DNA from: Promethearchaeota archaeon
Lineage (GTDB): Archaea > Asgardarchaeota > Lokiarchaeia > Sigyniarchaeales > SOKP01
Direction: 5' to 3'
DNA: 64,000 nt
Assembly (NCBI GenBank): GCA_029838195.1
Contig: JALGVJ010000015.1
Span: forward strand, 34,852-98,851
Shown here: in pieces, positions 19,164-29,875 of the stretch
Numbering within the stretch: position 1 is the stretch's first letter
Layout: every line of letters starts with the position of its first letter
The notes under the pieces: generated by a model
Databases searched by the model: none
The model's input: the letters and a program-made list of their open reading frames with translations, nothing else
Told to the model about the DNA's origin: nothing
Translations under genes and position numbers: made by a program

Positions 19164-20906
19164 TTACAAGAAATTGAATAAAAAGGATTCAACGCTTAAA
19201 ACTTGATGCACGGCGGCGCCAAAAAATATTTGGATTATTATAAAAGACGTAATAATCACGGAACTAAATTGCTCTGTTCTTTCATAAATCAGGCCGTTTA
19301 TAATGACGACGACTAACGAAATAAGATATGTAACGAGAATAGAATTAATGATGAATAATTTCGGAGCAAGCGCCATTAGAAATAAATGATTAATAATAGA
19401 TAATATCGCAATCGTATAAACCCTATATTTATTGGATCGGATGAAATTTAATAATGGATAAATGATTTTTCGGTAAAAGAGCTCCATGGCCAAGTAAAGT
19501 GGGTAAATAGTGATGGCTAGGATCGTTGATAAAATGTTTGACGGGAAAAAAAAAGCAAAAGGATAAGAAATAGAAAATAAATAATACATGCTAAGAAACG
19601 TGATGGAAGAAAATAACGCATACCCCAATACTTTTACTCTTAATTGAAATTTAACTTGATTCTTATAACCACGTCTTTTTTCTCTGTTTAATCTTGGTTT
19701 CTTGAGATATAATACCGCTTTTCCAAGAAAATATAACACGATCATAATTAATGGAGCAATAATAAAGCTTAAGAGACTTAAAAATAAAAATGAAATCTCA
19801 AAAATAATCAAGAAAAAAGAGAAGGATATACCTATTTTAATAATTCTAAGATAAATATCAGACCTCATGAAATCCTTCTCGAGCTCTTGGATTGGTTCCT
19901 TCTCTATTAATTTTCTATTTTTATTTTTCTTAAAGTAATCCTTCGCTTCTTCAAAAATAAAATAATTAGAGGCAAATCTTATGATGGCAATCGTGCACAG
20001 CAACAAGCTGGAAAGAGATATTCCCAATAAAACATAATTTATTGAGTAGGTCAAGTAGATTGGCCCGTTAATTTTAATATCTCCAAAAAAAATTTGTTCA
20101 AACCAATAAATCGTTCCTATTAACACTTCATCACTGAGGAGAGTATGATTTGAAAAAGGTAACTTTTTTTCTATTGTAATTAATTGACATCCGGTAATTT
20201 CTTGAAGTACCAATGCATTTTCCGAAAAATTGAGTAATTCATCATGTACATGATGAAACGCCAATAAATTTTCCGTGTTTTGCTTAGTTAATAAATTAAC
20301 GGGAAAATACTCCACGAAAGGGTCATCTTTAGACAACCCAAACATTTTAGGGTCAGGATTTACCAGAGCTGCCCAAGTAACAATCGCTTTAAATCGATTA
20401 TCAAGAGCACCATTCATTAAAACGACCATTCCACCTAACGAATGACCAATCAAACCGATTTGATCTTTATCAATTCGAGTTTTAAAAACATTCGTGTTTT
20501 CAAAATAATTCAAAAAATTAGAACAATCTTCGGCTAAAGCAGGCACGCCCGTTTTTTCATCAATATTCAGGATATTTCCCTCTGATTCCCCGTGTCCTTG
20601 ATAATCGATTGCAACAACAAAAAAGCCGCGTTTAGTGAATTCTACAGGAACTCTAAGATCGAGATCTCTCTGACTCCCAATTCCATGAGCCCAAATAACA
20701 AGCGGATGTTTTTCTTGAAAAGGTAAATTAATGTTCGGGTAATATAAATTAGCATAAAGGGTAGCTCCAGCAGATTCAAATTGGATGCGCTCATATTTTT
20801 GATAACTCATATTGCGATTAACATAAAGAAATGATAGGGAAAAAACAAATATCATGAAGGTCACTAATAAAAAAGATTGACCATAGCTTTTATCGTATTT
20901 TTTCAT
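19164..20906 (-). CDS. Alpha/beta hydrolase with N-terminal anchor and C-terminal multi-TM domain
   Basis: AHG, DYQGHGES, GHSLGG nucleophile elbow; hydrophobic C-terminal half. Confidence 0.85.
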   Translation of the reverse strand: MKKYDKSYGQSFLLVTFMIFVFSLSFLYVNRNMSYQKYERIQFESAGATLYANLYYPNINLPFQEKHPLVIWAHGIGSQRDLDLRVPVEFTKRGFFVVAIDYQGHGESEGNILNIDEKTGVPALAEDCSNFLNYFENTNVFKTRIDKDQIGLIGHSLGGMVVLMNGALDNRFKAIVTWAALVNPDPKMFGLSKDDPFVEYFPVNLLTKQNTENLLAFHHVHDELLNFSENALVLQEITGCQLITIEKKLPFSNHTLLSDEVLIGTIYWFEQIFFGDIKINGPIYLTYSINYVLLGISLSSLLLCTIAIIRFASNYFIFEEAKDYFKKNKNRKLIEKEPIQELEKDFMRSDIYLRIIKIGISFSFFLIIFEISFLFLSLLSFIIAPLIMIVLYFLGKAVLYLKKPRLNREKRRGYKNQVKFQLRVKVLGYALFSSITFLSMYYLFSISYPFAFFFPSNILSTILAITIYPLYLAMELFYRKIIYPLLNFIRSNKYRVYTIAILSIINHLFLMALAPKLFIINSILVTYLISLVVVIINGLIYERTEQFSSVIITSFIIIQIFFGAAVHQVLSVESFLFNFL

Positions 20907-21103
20907 TGGAGTAATGAAATTAAGAGAGAATTAGTTGGAAATCTCAACTTCACGGAGAAGAAAATGCATTTTACCGAAAAATAGAATTTAATTTTCCTTA
21001 AAATCTTTTTTATTTAGATAAATCAAGAGTTAATACATATAGAAGGGGAATGCTTGATTTCAATAAATTTTTATAGAATCAATGAAATATAATTTTGATC
21101 TCC

Positions 21104-21826
21104 ATGACAGAAAAAAAAGAAACTTTAAAAATTATAGATGGAACCTTAGAAGCCGTGGAAAAAATATTTTCCCAATTCTCGGACGTGCTAAAAACGGCTA
21201 GAAAAGAATTAATCAAATTAGAAAAGGAAAGGGAAAAGCTCCGTAATGAAACCATCCTTTTAGAAAATGAAAAACGACAACTGGAAGATGAGAAGACAAA
21301 ATTAGAAATAGAGAAAAAAAATCTTGAAAAAGAAAAACTTCAACTAGAAAATGATAAGAGTCTTTTAGAACAAGAAACAAAAAAACTTGAAAAAGAAAAG
21401 CAAGAACGAGATAGAAAAATAGGAACTCTCACGGAGGAACAACAACGCTTATTACAAGAATATGAGAGCCTTAAAATAGAGTTAAATAAATTGGCGAAAA
21501 TAGCGGAAGAATCTCAAGAAGCCGAATTCAATTTTGAAAGGATAAAAGCACTTCTTTCGATTTATGCCGTGCTCATTGAAGAAATTTGGCAAGGACAACC
21601 CCATTACAGGATATTGCTAGCTCTGCACGGAGATAAAGAAGAAATGTCTCGAGATACCATTCAAAAAACCACAGGGATTTCAGGGGTGATGGTATTAAGA
21701 GCGCTTCATGAATTAGCTAATGTTAACTTGATCGAGTTTGATGAAGAATCAGGCACGATTCGATTGAAAAAACGATTGTTCGACAAGAAAGATTTGGAAG
21801 AAAAAGAGAAGAAAAAAAATCCTTGA
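21104..21826 (+). CDS. Coiled-coil protein with C-terminal winged helix
   Basis: Seven LExE/D-type heptads; C-terminal HTH-wing pattern. ATG at 21104 preferred over TTG at 21095. Confidence 0.7.
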   Translation: MTEKKETLKIIDGTLEAVEKIFSQFSDVLKTARKELIKLEKEREKLRNETILLENEKRQLEDEKTKLEIEKKNLEKEKLQLENDKSLLEQETKKLEKEKQERDRKIGTLTEEQQRLLQEYESLKIELNKLAKIAEESQEAEFNFERIKALLSIYAVLIEEIWQGQPHYRILLALHGDKEEMSRDTIQKTTGISGVMVLRALHELANVNLIEFDEESGTIRLKKRLFDKKDLEEKEKKKNP

Positions 21827-21887
21827 ATTTTTAAGTCCCATCCCTTCTTCTCAGTAATTACGGGGGCTGATTAATGTCATTTTTTAT

Positions 21888-21907
21888 TACTATAAAAAAA
21901 TATAGTA
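21888..21907. promoter_or_regulatory. Operator-like palindrome TACTATA-N6-TATAGTA (site 1)
   Basis: Same motif upstream of the paralogous gene, at 53817-53840. Confidence 0.6.
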
Positions 21908-22014
21908 GATGCAATAATTTATATATAATAAAAAGTTTGAATATTCAAGAATAAAAAGTTCCTTATATTTCATGAAAAATTTAATCAAGGTTAGAAAAAA
22001 TAAAAGGAAAAACC

Positions 22015-23115
22015 ATGAGCGATGATAAATTTTGGAAAAAAGTAGCCCGTACCATCCAGAAAAGTGGGGGCTTCCCGATGCCTATAAATGATACCTTATT
22101 AGAACTTACCAAAACATTGATAAACAAAGAAGAGGGTAAATTCATTTTATATTTCAAAAAACCCTCTTTAAATATTGATCAATTAAAAGAAAAATCAGAA
22201 TTAGATGATAAAAGGTTTAATAGAGTATTAAACCGGCTTTTGGATAAAGGAATCATCGTGGAATCGCAATCGCGGACCACTGGAATTACGGTTTATAATT
22301 TAATGCCTTATCTTCCCGGAATTTTTGAGTTTAGCTTCATGAGAGGAGAATATGGAGAGCGCGAGAAAAAATTAGCGCGACTGTATGAGAAACTTCATCG
22401 TGAGTTAGCAATTTATACTCAAAATAATTATGATAGTTTTATCGAGCAATATAAAAAAGTTAACATGATGGATAGAGTCGTACCAGTTGAGGAGGAAATA
22501 GAAGTAAGCCCCGAGTCAGTGACACATTTAGAAGAGATTTCCAAGATTATCGAAAAATTCGAAGATATCGCCGTTTCTTATTGTTATTGCCGACATCAGA
22601 AAGAGCTCTTAGATCAACGCTGTGAGATAAATGCGCCCAAATTTAATTGTTTTCAGCTCGGTAAGAATGCAAAATTTGCGGTGGAAAGAGGCTTTGCCAA
22701 AGCGGTTAGTAAGGAGGAAGCCATGAAAATAATGAAGGAGGCAGAGGATGCTGGCTTGGTTCATAAAATAATTCATGTCGGAGCTAATCCGGATAAAATC
22801 GAGGCTGCCATTTGCAATTGTTGTAAGGATTGTTGTACTACATTTCAATTATATTATCAAGGAATAGGTCCATTAAAATCTCTAACATCTTATATTTCTA
22901 AAATAGAAGAAGAGTCCTGCGTCGGATGTGGGACTTGCGTTGAGAGATGCCCCGTGGAAGCCATTGAAGTGATCGAGCAAATTGCAAGCATTAATGAAAA
23001 TAGATGTATTGGCTGTGGTATATGTGCTCACTTCTGTCCTCAAGAATCAATTAAATTAGAAAGAACTGGCCCCCGCATGGTATTTGTTCCTCCTCCAAGA
23101 ATCACGACAAATTAG
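22015..23115 (+). CDS. 4Fe-4S dicluster protein with N-terminal wHTH-like and Cys-rich domains
   Basis: CYCR, ICNCCKDCC, CVGCGTCVERCP, CIGCGICAHFCP. Confidence 0.88.
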   Translation: MSDDKFWKKVARTIQKSGGFPMPINDTLLELTKTLINKEEGKFILYFKKPSLNIDQLKEKSELDDKRFNRVLNRLLDKGIIVESQSRTTGITVYNLMPYLPGIFEFSFMRGEYGEREKKLARLYEKLHRELAIYTQNNYDSFIEQYKKVNMMDRVVPVEEEIEVSPESVTHLEEISKIIEKFEDIAVSYCYCRHQKELLDQRCEINAPKFNCFQLGKNAKFAVERGFAKAVSKEEAMKIMKEAEDAGLVHKIIHVGANPDKIEAAICNCCKDCCTTFQLYYQGIGPLKSLTSYISKIEEESCVGCGTCVERCPVEAIEVIEQIASINENRCIGCGICAHFCPQESIKLERTGPRMVFVPPPRITTN

Positions 23116-23331
23116 ATCAGTTTTTTTACCTTAATATTTTTTTATTTTTGAGTTAAAGAGCAATGGGTTTATTTACTCTTTTTTAAATTAAAAATTAAAA
23201 AGTAAATCTTGTAGAACTCCAACCTTAAGAATCAATAATGCAAATAAGGGTAATGAAATTTTTATCTATATTATTAGCTATCAGGATAAAATTAATCAAT
23301 TATTTTAAATTATGGTGAGATGTGATGAATC

Positions 23332-23661
23332 ATGAGCATGAAAGATATAATGGATAAATGCAAGCTTACCAAGGAGGAATTAGAACAATATTATAAGAAT
23401 GTGGAAGCCATGGATAAAAAAACAGACCATTCACGGGCTTATCGAACCTTGATGAACCCATTGAGAAGAGAGATTTTAAAATTCATTGGATTCGAAGTGA
23501 AGACCACGGAAGAGATAGAAAAAGGATTAAATATGGAGCCAGATCAATTGAATTATCATTTATCAATGTTAGAACAATTGTATTACGTGATGAATTGTTC
23601 TGAGGGATGGAAAGCAACTCCTAGGGGAATTGCCTTTCTTTTAAATGCTAGAATGGACTAA
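23332..23661 (+). CDS. ArsR-like winged-helix protein
   Basis: LMNPLRREIL...LNYHLSML...ATPRG. Confidence 0.75.
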   Translation: MSMKDIMDKCKLTKEELEQYYKNVEAMDKKTDHSRAYRTLMNPLRREILKFIGFEVKTTEEIEKGLNMEPDQLNYHLSMLEQLYYVMNCSEGWKATPRGIAFLLNARMD

Positions 23662-23663
23662 TC

Positions 23664-24401
23664 TTATTTGTTTTCATTTTGCAGATTTAATTCATTTACG
23701 ATGGTTTTTTCAAAATTTCTTAAATTTTTCAATTTTCGATACCATCGTTTAAAATGAATCCACATGTAGATTAAAAAGATAATGAGTACGACGGAGCTAC
23801 TAAAATTTAAAAAGAACATGAAGGGAAAATATTCTATTATTTCTTCCACGAGCAAATAGACAATGGCTCCAAACATACGCAAGGACCACCAAAAATAAAA
23901 AATCGCAAGAGCATTCATGATGTAAAAAATAATTCGGATTTTTTCCATGTGATTAACGATCTCATAAAAAAGAGCAGTTAAAGTAGTGGTAGAGGTCGTA
24001 GAAGTATCAAGATTCCCTTCTACTTGCTCTTGTTTAGATCTGAATTCAATATAACGGGTGTTATATTCATTAATCTTTAATTTCCATTTTTTTAAAAAGA
24101 CATGTTGAAGGAGCGAAAAAATGGTTAAAATGAGAAAAACCATGGAAGGAATCATTAACATCAATCCAATGAATATTTTTTGTTCTACGGTCAAATCGAA
24201 TTTGGGAGGATGAGGAGTATACCGCAGAAAAATGGATCCGATGAAAATAAAAAAGATGTTGATAATGATTATGCAGAGAGAATAAAGGGGAAAAATCATG
24301 CTAATCTTTAAATACGCCTTTTCTTTATTTATATAGTTTAACCCTCCTTTTTCAGCTTTCTCTAAAAAGTCCATTTCATTATATTCAGCTTTTTCGCTCA
24401 T
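23664..24401 (-). CDS. Hypothetical membrane protein (4 TM)
   Basis: Four hydrophobic stretches; probably co-transcribed with the upstream wHTH gene. Confidence 0.65.
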   Translation of the reverse strand: MSEKAEYNEMDFLEKAEKGGLNYINKEKAYLKISMIFPLYSLCIIIINIFFIFIGSIFLRYTPHPPKFDLTVEQKIFIGLMLMIPSMVFLILTIFSLLQHVFLKKWKLKINEYNTRYIEFRSKQEQVEGNLDTSTTSTTTLTALFYEIVNHMEKIRIIFYIMNALAIFYFWWSLRMFGAIVYLLVEEIIEYFPFMFFLNFSSSVVLIIFLIYMWIHFKRWYRKLKNLRNFEKTIVNELNLQNENK

Positions 24402-24452
24402 GATATTTTTAACTTTTATATTATCTAAAATGACTTTTACAACATATTGCGT

Positions 24453-24755
24453 CTATAATTCTAATTCCGTGTTAATTTTAACAAACCATTCATATCTTTT
24501 TTTTCCAAGATCCGTTATTCTATATAATATTATGGTTCTATCCCCCCATGCTTCTTCATAAGAGCTAATATAGCCAGCCTCTTCCATTTTTTTTAGATAT
24601 TTTTCAGCAGTGGTTGTTTTCAATTTACACTTTTTGATTAAATTTGATTTTACAATTCCATTTTCATCGTAAGGATTCGCCTTTTCACGAAGTAGCGTTT
24701 CTAGAATATTTAAGATGATCATGTTCGATGATCTGTAGCTTTTTTTCGTTGCCAT
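24453..24755 (-). CDS. Archaeal winged-helix regulator
   Basis: YRS...IILNILE, KYLKKMEEAGYI, YRITDLGK. Confidence 0.8.
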   Translation of the reverse strand: MATKKSYRSSNMIILNILETLLREKANPYDENGIVKSNLIKKCKLKTTTAEKYLKKMEEAGYISSYEEAWGDRTIILYRITDLGKKRYEWFVKINTELEL

Positions 24756-25061
24756 TATCGTGATCGTAATAAAAAATCTCTTCCTTAGATAAAAATATGA
24801 ATTCCTTTTTTTTATTTCTAATTTTTTTCATGGGTACGACTCGAATGGTGATTAATTTCAAGGGAGCACTTAAAAGAAACAAATAGAATCCTTAAGTTTT
24901 CAATTTTTTATAAAAATTTAAAGTCTGGGGAACCTTTGGTAGGTAACATCAAAATGCCCTAAATATCCCAATATCCTCTTTATTTTTATTAACTTAGAGG
25001 AAGAGGAGAGAAAAAAATGAATTTAATAAATTGTAAGGTAAAAATGGAAAAATCGCTCGTT

Positions 25062-25949
25062 TTATATGAAAATATTCAATTTCTTTTTTATTTCCTTACA
25101 ACGCGACCGGAGCGTGACTTCCGTGATTCCAATTAACGTTGCTATTTCATTTTGAGTGAGGTCTACGTGTTTAATCTTTCCTGCTAGATACAGTGCGGCA
25201 GCCACGAGGCCTCGAGGATCTTTTCCACTAATTCCAAAGCGCTTAATAAATTCTTTAGTAATCTTAATAGCTAGTTGTTCTACTTCTGCTGGAACGCCTA
25301 GTTTAGAAGCGAACCTTGGAATTAAGTTACTAGGCTCTCTGGAGGGTATTTTCAATTTCAACTCTTTAATTAGAGCAGAATAACATCGTTTTATATCATT
25401 CTCATTCTCGGCGCTTTCATCAAGAATTTCTTGAAAGGTAATAGGTATTTTTTCCTTACGCAAGGCATAATACAAGCAGGCTGCGACCATGCCGTTAATG
25501 GAACGTCCACGCAATAATTTTCGGCTGAAGGCAATTTTATACAATCGCATAGCTTCCTTCATGATATAATCGGGCACGTTTAAATTGCTTGAGATTCGTT
25601 TTAATTCGGTAGTTGCAATGAGCAGATTTCTCTTTTGCCATGTTATGCGTGTATCCCATTTTGCAGCTCTTTTTAAGTCAGGATTCTTTATTTCGCTTCT
25701 ATTGATGGTCGTTGTAAGACTGATATCAGGGACCATGATGGAAATGGGAGATCCCACGTGGTCTCTATTTTTCTTTTCTTGTTCATTAAAGGATCTTCGT
25801 CCAGCATGAGAAAAGTCCACGCTTTTTTCTTCGAGGATTAATCCACATTGATTGCAGACAGTATCGCCAGATCCTTCAATTACAATGATATCGCCTCCAC
25901 ATTCGGGACACTTGGACGCATTTTTAATCAAATCCGATGTTGCGCTCAT
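25062..25949 (-). CDS. tfb: Transcription initiation factor IIB
   Basis: CPECGG...CNQCG zinc ribbon, LLRGRSI, GKDPRGL.AAALY, ITEVTLRSR; GAGGTGA SD before ATG 25949. Confidence 0.95.
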   Translation of the reverse strand: MSATSDLIKNASKCPECGGDIIVIEGSGDTVCNQCGLILEEKSVDFSHAGRRSFNEQEKKNRDHVGSPISIMVPDISLTTTINRSEIKNPDLKRAAKWDTRITWQKRNLLIATTELKRISSNLNVPDYIMKEAMRLYKIAFSRKLLRGRSINGMVAACLYYALRKEKIPITFQEILDESAENENDIKRCYSALIKELKLKIPSREPSNLIPRFASKLGVPAEVEQLAIKITKEFIKRFGISGKDPRGLVAAALYLAGKIKHVDLTQNEIATLIGITEVTLRSRCKEIKKKLNIFI

Positions 25950-26075
25950 TTTTCCATTCACCTCGTTGAGCAAAAAATTATTTTTTAATTTTCTTAATAC
26001 CACAATACTTATTAGGTTGGTTTTACTTATTTAAAAATTTGTATTTTAAAAACATGAAATTTCATGTAAAAAATA

Positions 26076-28697
26076 TTAAATTTTATAACTACTTTCGAGA
26101 TTTCCTATTTTTTTGAAAATTAATTTATTCTCTTTATTCACATCGACTTCAATAAGGGCTCCATCAGAAAATTCCCTGTTTAATAGTTTCAGGGATAGCG
26201 GATTTTGGATGTAATCTTGAATGGCACGTTTTAACGGTCGAGCTCCGAAATCCGGGTCGAAACCTTTTTCGCTCAAGTATTCTCTTGCCTTCTCCGTCAA
26301 TTGTATCTGAATTCCATGCTCTTTTAACACGTTGTTAAGGCGTTGGATTTGTATCTCTACGATTTGTTTGATTTGTTCTTTCTCCAAGAAATTAAAGATA
26401 ATGACATCATCAATCCGATTTAAAAATTCTGGTCTGAAATAATTCCTTAATTGTTTCAAAATTATTTCTTTATTGGATTCGAAATCTTTTCCTCGAGAAT
26501 TCAAAATGTAACCGCTGCCGATGTTGCTTGTCATAATGATGATCGTGTTTTTAAAATCCACGGTTCTTCCATGACCATCCGTGAGTCGCCCATCATCTAA
26601 GATTTGTAAGAGGATATTGAATACCTCTGGATGAGCTTTTTCGATCTCATCAAATAAAATCACTGAATAAGGCCTCCTGCGTACGGCTTCTGTTAAATAT
26701 CCGCCTTCTTCATAGCCAACATATCCTGGAGGTGCTCCTATTAGTCGAGCAACGCTATGCTTCTCCATGAATTCTGACATGTCAATGCGTATCATTGCAT
26801 TTTCATCATCGAAAAGAAATTCAGCCAATGCTTTTGCAGTTTCCGTTTTTCCAACACCCGTGGGTCCCATGAATATGAAAGATCCAATCGGTCGATTTGG
26901 ATCTTGGATTCCCGCTCGAGCACGCCTAATCGCATTAGAAATTGCAACGATTGCTTGATCTTGTCCAATAACTCTCTTTTTCAATCGCTCCTCCATTTTT
27001 AAAAGTTTTTCCCTTTCACTTTCCATCATTCTAGACACGGGAATGCCCGTCCATTGCGAGACCACTTTAGCAATATCTTCCGCATCCACTTGTTCTTTCA
27101 AGATGGGTTTTTCTTTCTGAAGCTCTTTCAATTGTTCATTGTATTTTTCTAAATCCTTTTTTAACTGATTTAAAACCCCATACGTCAATTCAGCAGCCTT
27201 CTCCAAATCTCCTCGTTTTTCCGCCTTCTCAGCTTCAATCTTGGTTATTTCCATCTGTTTTTTTATCTCATTAATTTTCGAGATGCATTCCTTTTCATTT
27301 TTCCATTGTAATTTTAAAGCATCTACTTGTTCTTTTAATTGAGAAATTTCCGCATCTAATTTCTTGATCTTTTCTTTTACGACCTCATCTTCCTCTTTCT
27401 TCAGTGCCTCTTTTTGAATTTCTAATTGGATGATTTTTCTTTCAATTTCATCTATTTCGATCGGCATGCTATCGATTTCAATTCTTAATCGTGAAGCAGC
27501 TTCATCCATCAAATCAATCGCTTTATCAGGAAGGAATCTATCCGTAATATAACGGTGAGATAATGTTACGGCGGCAATTATAGCCGAATCCGTAATTCGA
27601 ATGCCATGATGGATTTCATATTTCTCCTTCAGCCCTCTTAGAATCGCAATAGTATCTTCAACGGAAGGTTCGCTTACATATACCGGTTGAAACCTGCGGG
27701 TGAGTGCTGCATCTTTCTCTATGTATTTCCTATATTCATCCAATGTTGTAGCACCAATAGCTCGTAATTCTCCTCTGGCAAGAGCTGGCTTGAGCATGTT
27801 AGATGCATCAATAGCGCCTTCAGCAGCGCCTGCGCCGACTAACGTGTGAAGCTCATCAATGAATAAGATGTATTTTCCTGCGCCCTTTTCAATTTCTTTA
27901 AGAAAGGCTTTCAACCTGTCCTCAAATTCTCCTCTATATTTCGCACCCGCGATTAAAGCAGCTAAATCAAGGGCTACGATTTCTTTATTTTTTAACGATT
28001 CAGGCACGTCATCATCAGCAATGCGTTGTGCCAAGCCCTCAACTATCGCTGTTTTTCCCACTCCAGCTTCTCCAATTAACACGGGATTATTCTTTGTACG
28101 TCGGGATAAAATATGCATCACGCGTCGAATTTCCTCGTCTCTTCCTATTACCGGATCTAATTTGCCCCGTCGTGCCAAGTCCGTGAGATTCCTACTGTAC
28201 TTTTCGATGGCTTGATATTTTCCTTCTGGATCTTGATCCGTCACCCGTTGATTTCCCCGCACGCTTTTTAGCGCCTGCAGAATACGGTCTCTTGTAATTC
28301 CGAAATGCCTAAAGATTGTATGAATTGGTATTGAATCCGCTCCCGCCATTGCCAATAAGAGATGCTCCGTACTTAAGTATTCATCATGCAATAATTCGGC
28401 TTCCTTCCACGCATTATCGAATAAAATTTTCGTGGAAGGCGAAATGAGAATTTCAGTAGCTCCTGGCCCCGTCACGCGGGGAAGTCGTTCTAATTCATCA
28501 AGCAAATCTCGTCTTAAATGTTCAATGTTTATGCCTAATTTCTGAAGTAAGGGAATTGTAATTCCATCTGGTTGCTCTAAAAAAGCCAACATTAAATGAA
28601 CGGGTTCAATTCTCTGATGATCGTGATTTTCTGCTAACTTTTTAGCAGCCATCAATCCTTCTTGTACTTTTATCGTGAAATTATCAAATTTCATCAT
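26076..28697 (-). CDS. clpB: ClpB disaggregase
   Basis: Two AAA+ modules ([16 protein letters not shown]), long M-domain coiled coil, [18 protein letters not shown]. Confidence 0.97.
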   Translation of the reverse strand: MMKFDNFTIKVQEGLMAAKKLAENHDHQRIEPVHLMLAFLEQPDGITIPLLQKLGINIEHLRRDLLDELERLPRVTGPGATEILISPSTKILFDNAWKEAELLHDEYLSTEHLLLAMAGADSIPIHTIFRHFGITRDRILQALKSVRGNQRVTDQDPEGKYQAIEKYSRNLTDLARRGKLDPVIGRDEEIRRVMHILSRRTKNNPVLIGEAGVGKTAIVEGLAQRIADDDVPESLKNKEIVALDLAALIAGAKYRGEFEDRLKAFLKEIEKGAGKYILFIDELHTLVGAGAAEGAIDASNMLKPALARGELRAIGATTLDEYRKYIEKDAALTRRFQPVYVSEPSVEDTIAILRGLKEKYEIHHGIRITDSAIIAAVTLSHRYITDRFLPDKAIDLMDEAASRLRIEIDSMPIEIDEIERKIIQLEIQKEALKKEEDEVVKEKIKKLDAEISQLKEQVDALKLQWKNEKECISKINEIKKQMEITKIEAEKAEKRGDLEKAAELTYGVLNQLKKDLEKYNEQLKELQKEKPILKEQVDAEDIAKVVSQWTGIPVSRMMESEREKLLKMEERLKKRVIGQDQAIVAISNAIRRARAGIQDPNRPIGSFIFMGPTGVGKTETAKALAEFLFDDENAMIRIDMSEFMEKHSVARLIGAPPGYVGYEEGGYLTEAVRRRPYSVILFDEIEKAHPEVFNILLQILDDGRLTDGHGRTVDFKNTIIIMTSNIGSGYILNSRGKDFESNKEIILKQLRNYFRPEFLNRIDDVIIFNFLEKEQIKQIVEIQIQRLNNVLKEHGIQIQLTEKAREYLSEKGFDPDFGARPLKRAIQDYIQNPLSLKLLNREFSDGALIEVDVNKENKLIFKKIGNLESSYKI

Positions 28698-28712
28698 TTT
28701 TTTATCACCACC

Positions 28713-29765
28713 CTATAAACCTGTTTTTCTTAATTGTTCTAATAATTCTTTTTGTTTTTTATTTAATTTTTTTGGTACCTTAATTTTAATTTTAACTAAC
28801 AGATTTCCTCTCTCGTCTGAATTAATTTTATAAAAACCTTGATTTTTTAACCGCAAAATAGAAAAATCTGCGGTTCCATGGGGAATAGTAACCGTTAATT
28901 CTTTTTCCACGCCGGGAACTTTTATTTTGCCTCCTAAAGCGGCCAAGGTAAAGGGAACTTCCTTTTCAATATAGAGATCATCTCCTTGGCGCTCAAATAT
29001 TGGATGAGGCTTGATATGAACTGCTATGTATAAATCTCCTGGAGGGCCTCCATTCTCACCCGGCATTCCTTTTCCTTTTAATCTCAATTTCTGATTATCT
29101 CTAATGCCCCTTGGAATCTTAACGGTTAATGTTTGAATTTGCCCGGTAATGGGATCTTTATATTGAATTCGCTTTTTTCCTCCATAAAATGCATCCATGA
29201 AATCTATTTCCATATCATATCTCAGATCATCTCCCTCTCGCGGAAAGTTAACTCTTCGAGAGGTACTTCGCGCTCTTGAACTGCCTCCTCTTTTCGAAAA
29301 TACATCGAAAATATCACCTAAATCATTGAATAAATCAAAATCTTCCCATCGAGATTGGGTTCTACCGGATGCTCCGAAATTCTTGAAGATATCTTCAAAA
29401 TTAAAGCCCCTTCCCGGCATTCCCGAACTTGAATAATAATAAGTAGTCGTGCCGTCAGGACTGGTGTAGACTCTATATCCTCCCGGACCACCAGAATATT
29501 GCTGTCCCGTGGCATAATCTCCAAAACCCTCGACTACTCCAAATTTATCATACATTTCTCGCTTTTTATCATCGGAAAGCACTTGATATGCTTCATTAAT
29601 TTCCTTGAATTTCTCTCCTGATTTAGGCTCATCCGGATTCACATCAGGATGATATTTTCTTGCTAATTTCCGAAATGCCCTCTTAATTTCTTCCTTAGTT
29701 GCATTCCTGGGCACGCCTAAAATTTTATAATAATCTTTCGCCATTTCTTTTCCCCCATTTTTCAT
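28713..29765 (-). CDS. dnaJ: DnaJ chaperone, class B/CbpA-like (no zinc finger)
   Basis: HPD J-domain, G/F-rich region, C-terminal domain; no CxxCxGxG repeats. Confidence 0.9.
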   Translation of the reverse strand: MKNGGKEMAKDYYKILGVPRNATKEEIKRAFRKLARKYHPDVNPDEPKSGEKFKEINEAYQVLSDDKKREMYDKFGVVEGFGDYATGQQYSGGPGGYRVYTSPDGTTTYYYSSSGMPGRGFNFEDIFKNFGASGRTQSRWEDFDLFNDLGDIFDVFSKRGGSSRARSTSRRVNFPREGDDLRYDMEIDFMDAFYGGKKRIQYKDPITGQIQTLTVKIPRGIRDNQKLRLKGKGMPGENGGPPGDLYIAVHIKPHPIFERQGDDLYIEKEVPFTLAALGGKIKVPGVEKELTVTIPHGTADFSILRLKNQGFYKINSDERGNLLVKIKIKVPKKLNKKQKELLEQLRKTGL

Positions 29766-29875
29766 AATTCATTCTTGAATGAAATAATAAATAATCCACC
29801 AATACTCATGATATAATAATCGGAATATACTTAAAAAATAAAAATTGGAAAAAATAATAAAAAAAACTAAACACC

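Noticed and set aside
21852-21870. cagtaattacggggg resembling the start of the 63672 element
   Set aside because: The match is only about 14 nt, with no complementary arm; likely chance.
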